NCBI RefSeq assembly: GCF_000315625.1
Contig: NW_005434666.1
Coordinates: 354,018 to 418,017, forward strand
Origin: Guillardia theta CCMP2712
Lineage: Eukaryota; Protista; Cryptophyta
Direction of reading: 5' to 3'
Length of the DNA: 64,000 nucleotides
The notes under the pieces are model-generated. The model was not told the origin of the DNA. It was given only the letters and a program-made list of their open reading frames with translations, and ran no database searches. Below are positions 46,388 through 57,841 of this stretch, one piece after another. Numbering within the stretch: position 1 is the first letter of the stretch; each line of letters opens with the position of its first letter. Made by a program: the position numbers and the translations under genes.

Positions 46388-47845
46388 TCAGGGCTCTTCT
46401 CTTTCTTTCTGCGTGCACGTGATGTGCTCGCCGAAGATCTTGTGTGTGTTCGAGGGTTGAGATTTTGGTGAGATTTGAAGAGGCACCACGGTACTTCCAA
46501 CCTCCTCTTCATCCTCTTCTGACTCCACACACTGCAGATCCAATGCAGCAGGAACAGGCTGTTCTGAGGTTGAGTGCAGTGCCGAAGCTACTGTGGCTGA
46601 GATCTGTACATGTTGTTCAGGCGGGTCGCGAGGGACTTTGGGGGGGGCCGTCGTCAGCTGCTCATCGTCTGAGGTTGAATCCTGCAAGCCCAACACAGTG
46701 ACGGGAACGACCTCTTGACTGCTCACACCAGCAGGGTTGGGGACGTTGAAGTTCTCCCAAGATCTTGAATTCCTTCTAGTCGAGGCAGAGGAGAGTTCGG
46801 CGTATCGGAGGTTGTAGTCTCCATCCGCAGCTTCCACAGCCTGCTGCGCTTCGATTTCTGTCGTCTCAGCATGCTTTGGTGGGATCGGGAAAACCTGGAA
46901 GCTTTCAAAGGGCACGTTGTACTGGAACTCGTCGAGCTCGCCCTTGTTGAAGAGGTACTGTGATTTGCGATCCAAAAACGCAGCATGGAAACACAAGCTA
47001 GCCACAGGCTGAAGGAAGTTTCCGTGTGGAACCCGGAAGTCCACTTGCACATCATCAATCAAACTGAACGAGGTCTTTGGATAAATATCACAGAAAAATT
47101 GGTCTCCATTTTCATTTTTCCTTTCGTACCTCTGCCATGACATCGCCACAAACTCGTGGCGCGCATTCAAGTTGCTGCAGTTACGTATGATGACTCGCAT
47201 GTTCAACACGCGTTCATTGCCTGAGAGCCTAAACTTCTCCACTTCTATAGAAGACGATGGCTTTTTGTAGTTCAGAGCTGAGTTGATCAGGGATGCATCC
47301 AACAGATGCAGATATCTACGGAATGATGGAAAGTTTCCTGATAGAGGCTGGAACCTGATGTGCGACTGCAGCAACCTCTGCGTGATGGCAAACTCTGCTG
47401 CAGAAGGTGAGATGAATCTTCCCAGCTTTGACATGAGAAGTGAAGGAAAGAGAATGCCCGGCTCGAACATCACAACAACCCGAGCACTGGCTCCCTCAAG
47501 CCATCTCACTGCTCTCACCACCAGCTCTTCCATCACATACATTGGCGATGGTTTGTGCAGGTCGTCGAGGAACTCCACGGCAGGAAACGGCCATTGCAGT
47601 TGCATTCTTGAGCTTGCAATCTGACCGCCTATGATCATCATCACGTTCCTGCTGTCGTGAATTCCTCCAAGAACCCTCGCAACCTCTGCCGCTGCTTCGA
47701 GGAATGTTTCATTGGGAGCTGCCTTGTACTGGCTGTAGACCTCTTCACGCCTACCAGCAACATGTATTCGTGTATCCAGACCGCAGATAGCAGTAAATTT
47801 TGGATTGTCTCTTGTTTTGTGCTTTGGGGCAATGACTCTTGCCAT
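46388..47845 (-). CDS. PTEN/tensin-like pseudophosphatase plus C2 domain; probably the 5' part of the ELMO gene; start unresolved
   Basis: FLDDLHKPSP...RWL, PSFRRYL (cf. PTEN PSQRRY), DDVQVDF...LCFHAAFL...FNKGELD (PTEN-C2). Confidence 0.7.
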   Translation of the reverse strand: MARVIAPKHKTRDNPKFTAICGLDTRIHVAGRREEVYSQYKAAPNETFLEAAAEVARVLGGIHDSRNVMMIIGGQIASSRMQLQWPFPAVEFLDDLHKPSPMYVMEELVVRAVRWLEGASARVVVMFEPGILFPSLLMSKLGRFISPSAAEFAITQRLLQSHIRFQPLSGNFPSFRRYLHLLDASLINSALNYKKPSSSIEVEKFRLSGNERVLNMRVIIRNCSNLNARHEFVAMSWQRYERKNENGDQFFCDIYPKTSFSLIDDVQVDFRVPHGNFLQPVASLCFHAAFLDRKSQYLFNKGELDEFQYNVPFESFQVFPIPPKHAETTEIEAQQAVEAADGDYNLRYAELSSASTRRNSRSWENFNVPNPAGVSSQEVVPVTVLGLQDSTSDDEQLTTAPPKVPRDPPEQHVQISATVASALHSTSEQPVPAALDLQCVESEEDEEEVGSTVVPLQISPKSQPSNTHKIFGEHITCTQKEREEP

Positions 47846-48314
47846 GATGTCGTGTCCTCAATCAAACTTGTTCCAAGGATGTGATGTGCAATATCATAAT
47901 CCTGAAGTCTTGGTGGTGAAGACAGGAGAACGCCAAAGACGTGGAAAGAGAGTTGCAATCTACTCAAGTGACAAGCTTGTAGACCACAGCGGCTCAGGAT
48001 GCCAAGCTCATTCTCATGTCAGCTTCCTGGAAGGGTTCCTGGCGCGGGTGGCCCTGGCACTGTGCTAGAAAGTGAAAGCAAAGATGCTGCGGGGATGTGA
48101 AGAGTGGGAGGCGAGGAGGGGGTGCTGAACTCTCAAGGAGGGGGGAAGGGAAGGGGACCAAGGTAAGGAGCCCAACTGGACGGAAGGGAGGGGGGGATGC
48201 AGACGAGCACAAGGGATGGGGAAGCAATCGATGTCACTACCGGTACTTGGTACTCTTCTAAGGGGGGTTGGAGGGCACTGTGCTCGCTACCCCTTGTATT
48301 ACTGTGAAAACAGT

Positions 48315-48414
48315 NNNNNNNNNNNNNNNNNNNNNNNNNNNNNNNNNNNNNNNNNNNNNNNNNNNNNNNNNNNNNNNNNNNNNNNNNNNNNNNNNNNNNN
48401 NNNNNNNNNNNNNN
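48315..48414. other. Assembly gap (100 N)
   Basis: Ns. Confidence 1.
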
Positions 48415-49766
48415 AAGAGATTGAAAAGCTGAAATGACGGGGGATGTCCAGCAGCAGTACCCTCACATCAACAGGAAAAATAATAAATTGACAGGGGTAG
48501 TAGCAACGGACGTAGTTCAGTGGGGTGGGGTAGTAGCTGGGAGCAGGGGTGTGATTAGAGGGGTCACGTAATCCCCACATGTCATAATGTGTGGTAAGAG
48601 AGGGGGTGGGGTGGGCCATAATTAATATTGATGGGGTGGGGTAGTCGATTATTACGGTGAACTTGATTGGGAGCAGCCCGTAGCATGCGGCTGCTGCATT
48701 TGAGTCTAATGGCTGTCAAGGAAATTCATAGGCTTCACTGTCCTCCCTTGGTCCGATCCCCGCCGTGGGTCACCGAGTCGCCGAGTCGGGTGCCGTGGCC
48801 AGAGGGGGTAGTCGGGGTAGTGGAAGTGAACATAAATGTGCCGCAGGACATGCGGTCTACATGAGTGTCCGATGCAGTGGGGTCATTCCGGGGTGGGTGA
48901 ACCAGGGGTGGGGTCTAAAGACAGTAGAAGAAGGGGGTGCTGAGGTACTGCAATGTCCCTTCGCGTGCAGAGTGGCCATCAGTGTGGTGAGGTTACTGCA
49001 TACAAGGCCGAAGTGTGTAACAGGCGACCTGAAGCGTAACGGTTCACTCCCTTGAAACGGTTGTAACTGCCAGTCAATGCAGCGGAAGTTCCGGCCCAAC
49101 CTTGATAAAATATTTTACTCAACTCCCCACAAGGCCGATTGGAAAACTGATTTCACTACCCCTACCCCCTACTGTTCCCCACTGTAATCCCGACCCTGGC
49201 CCTCTATTATAGCGCCCCTATCTTATCAAGACCCTCAGATTGCCGGTGAAATGTAGGGTGGGGTGTCAGCAATAGACCAGAGTGACAGCGAGTAAAGTAG
49301 AGGCCCTACTAAATTTCAAAAGGGGCATAACAGCTCCCTCCAAATGTTCAAATAATAATAAACAATTCTGAAAAATCAAGAGGCAAGTTTGATTTGGGAG
49401 AGAAAAATCTCATGAGGCGGGTTCAGACGGTTACTATCGATGGAGAAGAATGGTTTTAATGGAGCGCAAAGCTGCTAGGGGAGGAAGAGGCGGGGCGAGA
49501 GGATAGTGATCATCCGGCCAATCGAGTGCGAGGACAGGAGATCTTGGTTACTGCACTGACAGGTGTCGCTTTGATGGGCGAGAGGTGTAACAGCCGCATT
49601 TGATATGACGGTGCCTTGCGGATAACTTAGGACGATTCGAGTCTACCCCACCAAGACCTGCTAGTTCGGAGACGTGCTCAGTGTAGTCCAACATCTCGAT
49701 CATTCAGCGTTGTAGATTAGACACTTAGTTCATTATCCTCGATCCCGAGCATCCTGGCGGCAAACC

Positions 49767-51020
49767 ATGGGCGGGGTGATAGGGAAGCATTCCCTCTTCC
49801 GGAGCTCATCAAAACAGTCAGTGAAATCCAACGCGAGCTCGCAAAACAATCTCAAGTCTGACGTCGATGGGGCTCCTGATGTGCTAGGGATCAAAAACAG
49901 CTCGATTCAAGTTCAACCACACGAAGCAAACGGACAGGGAGGCTCGGGCAGTGCAGGACAACATAGAGATCTTGAGCAGCAAGCGTGAGATGGCCCGCAC
50001 TCTTTGTTACCAACCTCCTCAAGTTGCTTCTGGCAGGTCGCAATGCGACGGATCCCCTGCAGAGTGGCGCTCAGAAGCAGGTCTGAATGAGGTAGAAGAC
50101 AAGGGCCAGATGCCCTCGGGAGAACTACGGGTGCTTCCTGAAGAGCAGGAACTTCATCTTAAAGTGAAGTGTCCGGTCTTGAGCGATCTCCGCAGGCAAA
50201 GTACTTGAGAGCACAGTTTGAAGCTGTTTCAGCACCGCTCGCATCTCTCGATTTTCTTCAGGTAGGTTGTTTGTCTCAAGAAGGTCGTGCCCTGTTGAGT
50301 TCTGATCTGATGGAATTAGCTGCAAAAGTTTCAAGCCCGACTGATACGAAGACAAGGAGAGAAACTGCCTCTCAGCCAGAAGAACTTGTTCTCCAAGGGA
50401 AAGCACACGGAGAAGGAGATTAGAGAGATGGCGAAGCTGACAGCCGTTCAAGGTGAAACATGAATGATCTGATGCTCGAACCGATGTTCCTGTAGTTTTC
50501 AAGTCCTCGGGACTGTGGAACGAGGACGCAGACGCTCCTCGCAGTAGCGCCTCCATCAACTTCGAGCAGTACCTTGCTTCTGCTCTCCATGCGAAAATGA
50601 AGGTGAGATATTCTCTTGATGGAGAAAGTTGCCGACGTGTCTCTCTAGACCGAGAGCGTTCAGTCGGTCGAATTCAGCGCTGGACACGACGCAGCAAAGC
50701 ACGGGATCTTGAAGAAAGCAGCGACTCAGGCCGTCCTGCTACCGGAAGAAATTCATCCAAAGAGAGTTCGACGGTTGAGCTTCCCGGACTCTCTCAGTTT
50801 GGAAGAGATTGAAGAGGAATGGGAGGCAAAGAAGCAAGTCTCAAGGAGGCTGGGGATCGAGCAAGGCAACTCTGATCCCTTGTATCCCCAGAGAGTCATG
50901 TGAGCTTTTCATGCAGGTGAAGGTGCTGCGTTGCGCGGGCCTCACGTCAATCTAGACGACATGGTGATGTTTATTCCGTGGACCCGCAGGAATTTGACGT
51001 TTGACACAGTCAAATGATGA
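49767..51020 (+). CDS. Hypothetical multi-exon protein with possible N-myristoylation (MGGVIGK); end approximate
   Basis: ATG in an ACCATGG context followed by a series of short GT-AG exons. Confidence 0.45.
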
Positions 51021-51085
51021 CGACGACAACGCATCAGCGATGAATGAAGGTAGAATCTCTCACTGTGAGCAATTCTTGTTGAAAG

Positions 51086-54000
51086 TCAGTCCTGTCCTCC
51101 TTTGCAGACAATCCTGACGAGGGCGGAGTGGAGGCCGCCGCGGGTGCGAATGGCGCGAGCGAAGGAGAAGACAGGGTCAGAGATGAAGATCAAGATACCC
51201 TGACGACCTGACATCTCTCGGTCTAGGATGGAAGCAAGCCAAGAGAAGCAGCGGCATCTGACAATCAGCAGAGACATCTGACTTTCCGTCTTGTTCACGG
51301 GAAAAGTCTGACACAGGTTGGTCCAGCACACTGCTGCCATCTTGTGATGTTGAGTGCGAGCAGGAGGCATTCTACGATCTGACGGAAGGAGAGATCTTGT
51401 ACAAGCAGGAGTGGAGGAAGAGCTTTCGCTACTGAGCCACTTAGAGATCACTGTACATCAGCTGAGAATATGAAACATTAACTTGTACATGCTAACGAGC
51501 CCCCGATCGCTGCAGCAAACCGACCATATCTTGCACACGGGCCTGAGGAGTTTGGTCAAGGGCAGGTCAGAGGAGGAGGGGCAACGTACCCGCAAGACAG
51601 ACTTCTTGTCCACCTCCTTGGTTACGAGCAGCTCATCAGGAAGGTCCTTGGACGCAGCGAAGCCGCGAGCCTTGTCCTCTCGTTTCGCCCCCATGAACTT
51701 CCGTAGCGTCAGCAGCGAGTCACAAGGGCCCGGCCGTCACCTGGAAGAAGAACCAGAGGATGCCTGCACGCAGCTCCTTCATCTCCTGCCCACAGGTGTG
51801 ACATGGCGGGCGGCAGAGCCGAGGTCAAGACCTTGTCGTCACTTGCTATCTTCTCGACTAGCCCCTTGAGGGTCTTCGGGCTGCTCTCGGCAAGAAGAGC
51901 TCTGAAAGCGACCTAAGGCAAGAAGATTGTGAGGCGACATGGGGGGGAGGAGGAGGGGAGAGGAGGGGAGAGACACTGGAGTGAGAAGTGGAGGGGAAGG
52001 GGAGAGGAGGAGGTGAAGGAACGGGAGAATGCCTGCAAGCAGAGATGTCCTCCAGTCCCCATTCGCTCGATCTCGATGGGTTTCAGCAATGAAAGGCTGC
52101 AAACAGCAAGATTAAGAAGGAGATCGAAGAGCGGGGAGGGGAAGAGAAGGAGAAGGGAGTGAAACAAGGGAGGAGGGGTAGGGGGAAAGAGCTGGGCAAA
52201 GGGCAGCCAAGGATCGCAAGTGTGACTGAGACGAGAGGAAGGCTGAGCTGATGGAAGACCTGAGCGCTGAGCTGCTCCAAGTGTGTGCTAGCAGCTTGCC
52301 CAGGTTGCCGATCTTGTTCTTCCCCTTCCCGTCCTCCATCCATCCATCCATCTCCTTGAAGGCGTCCCAGAAGCAGAGGCGGAGGGTGAACTGATGGTGC
52401 TTGTCGATCTTGCAGAGCTGGGAGAGGAGGAGCGCGTAGAAAGGATTCCACCCCTGCTCCTGCCCGCAGCAGTGGAAGGCTACCCTCACGATCTCTCGCG
52501 CCTGCACCTCCTTCAGCCCCAGCCTGAGTAGCTTCTCGCAAGCGTCCATGAAGTCCTCGGCCTCCATCATGATGATGAAGATCGACTTGCGCAGGTCGCT
52601 GCCCATCTGCTGTGAGGACGCGAGCTTCAGCAGCTTCTCCTTGGTCTTGGAGAACGCCTCCTCCTCCTTTCCTTCCGCCTTCCCACCTTGCCCTGACGTT
52701 GAGGACGACAGTTTCGTCATGAGGATCGGCTCTAAGCGCACGCCCTGCTCCCACCAGGGGCCTCGTAGTCTCCCTTTCACGATGTCCTCCCAGGCAGGAC
52801 GGAGCTGTTGTACGTTCCCGAGGCCTGAGGCGCGAGAGGAAGTGAACGTTCGGAGCCATTTCTTCAGCCGTCCCACCTCCTCCTCCGCAACTGCGGCAGC
52901 TCCCGAGCCTCTCTTGTGCTTGTTGTTCTGCAGGTCGTAGATGAAGTCGAGGAGGAACCTCGCGCGGGGAGGTAAGTTCGTCGCTCCTCCGCTCTCGGAG
53001 ACCTTGCTCCTAACGCTCTGAATGATGTCACGCAGCGCCGCGGGGTCGTCGGTCCTGAGGTGGCTCCCAGTGACGCGCAAGAGGCTGAGGAGGAGCTCGA
53101 GGTTGTTCTCCTCGACCCGAGCAAGCAGTACCCTGACCAGATCGTAGACGAGGGAGCAGGAGATGATCTTGAAGACGTAGAGATGGCCAAAGAGGAGGGT
53201 GAGGTTGGTTCCGACTAGGTTGTTGTTGTCCGCGATGCAAGCATCAATCTCTCGGATTATCCTGTCGATGAATCTTGCTCCCACGCTTGATCCTATGCTC
53301 GCATGCAGTGCAGCTACCAGGACCGCATAGAGAGCGGCAAACTGACCGATGATGCGGCCTGACCCTTCCCCGGCGAGCTCCACAATGATGTTGGCCATAT
53401 GTTTATCCACATTCACACGTGGGTGGCTGTTGTAGATTCTCTCCATCTCGTCTGTGATGGAGGAGATGTTAAGCTCTGAGACCTTGTTGAGACAGCTCTT
53501 CACTGCTGACTTGAGCTTTGCGTCAGGTTCATCGGTGGTTTGCTTGCGGAGGTGTGGGGGGATGTACTTGGAGACGGCCTCTGGTGCCGCCTGCTCCCCC
53601 TGCCCTGATCGACTTGCCGTCTGTTCTCCCGTCTCATCGTGTGAGTTTGTATCGGATGCTTCTGCCGTCTCGTCAGCAGATTCTTCTCCTGGCGGCATCT
53701 TCTTGTCGAGCTTCGCTGCCTTAGCTCTCGGCTGTTCGCTTTCCTGTTCATCTCCAGTATCTCGATCGCGCTTCTTGTACTTGTTCTTGTTCTTGTTCTT
53801 GTTCTTGTTCTTGTTCTTGTTCTTGTTCTGGTTCTGCTTCTGCTGTTGTTGCTGTTGTTGTTGTTGCTGCTGCTGCTTGTTTCCTTGACTCTGATTCAGC
53901 AGCTGCTTTCGAAGGCGCTCGTTCTCCTCCTTCAGTCTGCGGAGTTTCTGAACTTCAGCAGCATGCGTTTGCTGGTGCTGCTGTTTATTCTGTTTCTTCG

Positions 54001-54175
54001 CCATCCTCTTCTCTTTCCTCGCAGCTTTCCTCGAAGACTGCAACTTTGCCTTATCAAATCCCTTGTAGTTCATTCTGCTCGTGTCCTCGTCCTCTCCCTC
54101 CTCGTTGTTCATTTCTCGTTTCACCAACGCCGGCATCCTCGGCCGGTTGGCCTTCAGGTGTGTCTTCTCCTTCAT
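51086..54175 (-). CDS. NOM1: Nucleolar MIF4G/MA3 domain protein (NOM1/Sgd1), with spliced 3' part; stop approximate
   Basis: KYIPPHLRK, LNKVSELNI, LRTDDPAALRDII, RARFLLD, MGSDLRKSIFIIMMEAEDFMDA, NPFYALL, FTLRLCFWD. Confidence 0.9.
53775..53880 (-). repeat. Coding polyQ and (AACAAG)n = (NK)n repeats in NOM1
   Basis: Directly visible. Confidence 0.9.
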
Positions 54176-54961
54176 GGTTCTGAAAAGTGCGTTAGACTGG
54201 GTGCAAACAATAACAAACAGACAATTCAAGGAGAAATGAACCACATTCCACAACCTCCCAGTCATCATAAAATAAGTCTCTCTTTATTTTCACCCTCTTC
54301 TCAACCCCCTCCCCTTGGTTCTTCCCCTTCGATGTATTCAGCTACACATGTCTACCTGCCTCGTCCCTCCTCCTTCTTCCTCCCGTCTCCTTGCAGCCTT
54401 TCTTGCCCTTCTCCTCCCTCTCTCCGTCCCGCCTCCTTCCCTTCCCCCATTCTTTTCGCTCCCCGATGCCATTGAATGAGGGCACGTGCCCTGACCCTCA
54501 TACCGTCAGACCACATCCCACCTCTGACCAGACCTCTGACCTTTACTTTTACCCGTCAGTTTACCCGTATTCACGGTTGACCTTTTTTTTCACCGGTTTC
54601 AAGTTTGATCGCCCGGCGCGAAAATGGAGAAACCATGCGCATCCGTCTGCTTCTGACCTGCTTGACGCTGCTGGGAGGAGGAGGAGGAGGAGGAGGAGGA
54701 GGAGGCATCTTTGTGTCAGGGCAGTGGGTAAGTGAGCAGTACCGCCGTTAATCTTTCCGACTGTCAACTAACGTTTGTGCCATGATAGCCCATTTGCTAT
54801 GATCATGCGGTCCCGAACGGATGCATGGATAGAGATGCGAACACAGGAGCAGAGCTTCCAGGAAAAGTGGCTGTGCAGGGAGCCTGCTACTATTCAGACC
54901 CATGGACAGGTAGGCCGATTTAAGCTGACCAACTTTGTTGTCGAAACTATTTGACTTGAGC

Positions 54962-55667
54962 ATGAAGAGAATAGCACCTTTCCTTGGTTGGGAAATCAAA
55001 ACGACACCACAAAGACGCTTCCGCTGTGCTCAAACGAGCTGAGAAGGGCCTTCGATGTGAGCCCCCTCTCTCGCCTCTCCTTCCTCTCGCTCTGCCATAA
55101 CCAGCACGCTATGTCGCAGCTACGTACAAGCCAAGTGAACACAGATTGTGACTACAAGGTCCGAGATGATCTGCCTGCAAGACATCTCATGCTTCACCTG
55201 ATCCTCCTTCACCTCCCACAGTCTTTCCTGGCCGTGCAAAGATGCGGCAACTGTTGGGTTTCCATCTGCAACTTCCAGTGAGTGATCCAACGTCAACCGA
55301 GTTAATGTCGTCTGCGACTGATGTTGACATCCTGGCAGCAACGCTCTCACGTGGAAGAACGCAGGAGGCCAGTACATGTGCATGATGGACCTCTTCATCA
55401 GGAGGATGGAATGTTACAGCTCCTGGTAGGTCAAACCTTCGAGCCTGTTGCTGGGCTCAGTCAGTTGTCTCTGATTCTTGGATGGTGATTCGGTTCAATG
55501 TCAGGTACAGCAAGTACTGCGGGGTCAAGCAGGACGGTTCCCCGTTCATCTCGGCCGACAAGAACGGCCTCTACGATATCTGCTCGGGCGGCTCTCGTGT
55601 TTCCGTCAGCGCTACGTTGACGTTTTTGTTCATGATACTGATGGTCACGAGGCTGCAAAGCCTGTGA
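54962..55667 (+). CDS. Small Cys-rich protein with hydrophobic C-terminus (possible GPI anchor); exon structure uncertain
   Basis: Exons RCGNCWVSICNF, YMCMMDLFIRRMECY, KYCG...DICSGGSRVSVSATLTFLFMILMV. Confidence 0.4.
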
Positions 55668-55738
55668 CAGCAAATTGACCCGCAGACATTGAATGCGTTT
55701 AATGCTACAAGAAGGAAAAACGGGAAAAGTCGACGAGC

Positions 55739-57841
55739 TCACTCGATCTTGAGCACTCGCAACACGTTCGTTCCTCCACTGATCCCCTCCTTCATGCCGC
55801 TGATGACAACGCAAACGTCGCCAACCTTGCACCTGTAAAAGGACTCAGCCTTTCTCCGCACAGGCGCCGCCTGCTTCTCTCACAGGCCGTTCACTTTGGC
55901 GGTCGCGAGGCAGCGAGCGATGAGAGAAGCAGATCCAACCATGGAGCCCACGACCTGAAGCAGCGTGAGAGAACAAATGATAGTGTTTGAGAAGAAGAGA
56001 ACGAGAAATCCAAGTTGTACACCAAGAAATGCAAAGAGGCTAGGGAAGAGGAAGTCAAGTGAAGAGAGATTCCTACCATTGGGTAGCATCCTCGGAGCAC
56101 AAGGCACTGTCTGGCGACCTGCTCGTCGGATGTTGCGCAGAGAACTGGCGCCATAGGTTTGTATTTGCAGACTAGTCGAGCCGTTCGACCTGAGAAAACG
56201 TCAGGCAAAGAATTTCGAGTTGATCTTGTTTGTTACCTGTCTCTGTGAGGCACAGCACAAGAGATGCACGGAGATCGAAGGCAGTCTTAACGGCAGAGGA
56301 AGCGATGGCTTCGTTAATCTCATCAGGTCCAAGAGTCTTGGCATACCTGTCAATCGCGTCAACCTGGCGGTGAACAAAGGTTTGGACAAGAAGGAGGACG
56401 AGGATAAGAAAGGGAGGAGCATGAAAAATCTCACTGTCTCAGAGCAGCAAAGGTCTGTGTGTGATCGACAACTTTCTCCGCCTCTCTGCAGATCTTGACC
56501 ATCATCTCGATCGCCTGCAAAGGATACTTGCCCTTGGCCTGCAGGAGCCATCAGGATGATGGGAGGAGGGAACAGCAATTCGCAGTCTCACCGTCTCACC
56601 CGAGAGCATCACACAGTCAGTCCCATCAAACACGGCGTTGGCAACGTCGGAAGTCTCAGCGCGGGTGGGGCGGGGGTTGTAGATCATGCTGTCAAGCATC
56701 TGAGTGGCAGTGACGACCGGCTTCCCCTGAATGTTGCACTTGGAGATCATCATCTTCTGCGCCAGGGCGACCTTCTCTCCTGGGATTTCGACTCCAAGGT
56801 CTCCACGCGCCACCATGATGGCGTCGGTGACCGCCAGGATCTCGTCGAAGTTCTGCAGACCCTCCTGGTTCTCAATCTTAGAGATGATCTTGATTCTCTC
56901 CCCCCCGTTCTCATTCAAGAAGTTCCTGATCGAAATGACATCCTCCGCCTTGCGCACGAAGGAAGCGGCGACAAATCGATCCCCTGCTCGCAGCCGAACT
57001 TCAAGTCTCCCTTGTCCTTCTCAGTCAAGGCTGGGAGCGTGATCTTGCAGCCGGGAAGGTTGACGCCCTTCTTTGAGCCGAGGAGACCGTTGTTCATCAC
57101 CTTGCACTTGACGTTACCCCCGTCCTTCTCCATCACGGTCAGGGCGATCAAACCGTCGTCGATGAGGATGACGCCACCAATCTCGACAGATTCTGCCAGG
57201 TTCGCGTAGCTCTGACCCACACCGTTCTGGTCGCCAGGTTTGTCCCAATCGTTGTAGAGGGTGAACTCCTGCCCGATTTCGAGCATGATCTCCTTGCCAT
57301 CCTTGATCATCCCCGTCCTGATCTCAGGGCCCTTGGTGTCCAGCATGATCGCGCACATCCTCTTGCTCTTCTTGAGCGACTCTCTGATGTTGGCGATCGT
57401 CTGCGCGTGATACGCGTGATCGCCGTGAGAGAAGTTCATACGCGCGACGTTCATTCCTGACTCGATCAGCTTGCTGATCATTTCCACAGACTGCGTGATG
57501 GGCCCGATGGTGCAGATGAACTTAGTGTGCACGGCGCCGCGGGCGGGCGAGAAGGAGTCAGAATCCTTGAAGTTGATGGAGAGGTTGTTCTCCAGCGCAC
57601 ATCCGGTGCCGCCTCGAAGTCTCATGCACACAAGCTGCTCCTCTTCGTTGATCTGGGCCGTGTACACGTCCTTCTCGAGCGAAGGAAGTCGATGAAGCTT
57701 CGGCGAGGTCATCCTCGTGTTCTTGCCGCTGAGGTTGCTCCTCAGCTTCAGATACCCGGACGACGCCTGCGCAAGAGGGGGGACATGGCTGGCACTGCAT
57801 GACGCCAAGACAGAGGCAACGACGAGCAGACCCTTGAGCAT
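55739..57841 (-). CDS. PYK: Pyruvate kinase with N-terminal signal peptide; 1-bp frameshift at ~56974 in this assembly
   Basis: [80 protein letters not shown]. Confidence 0.93.
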
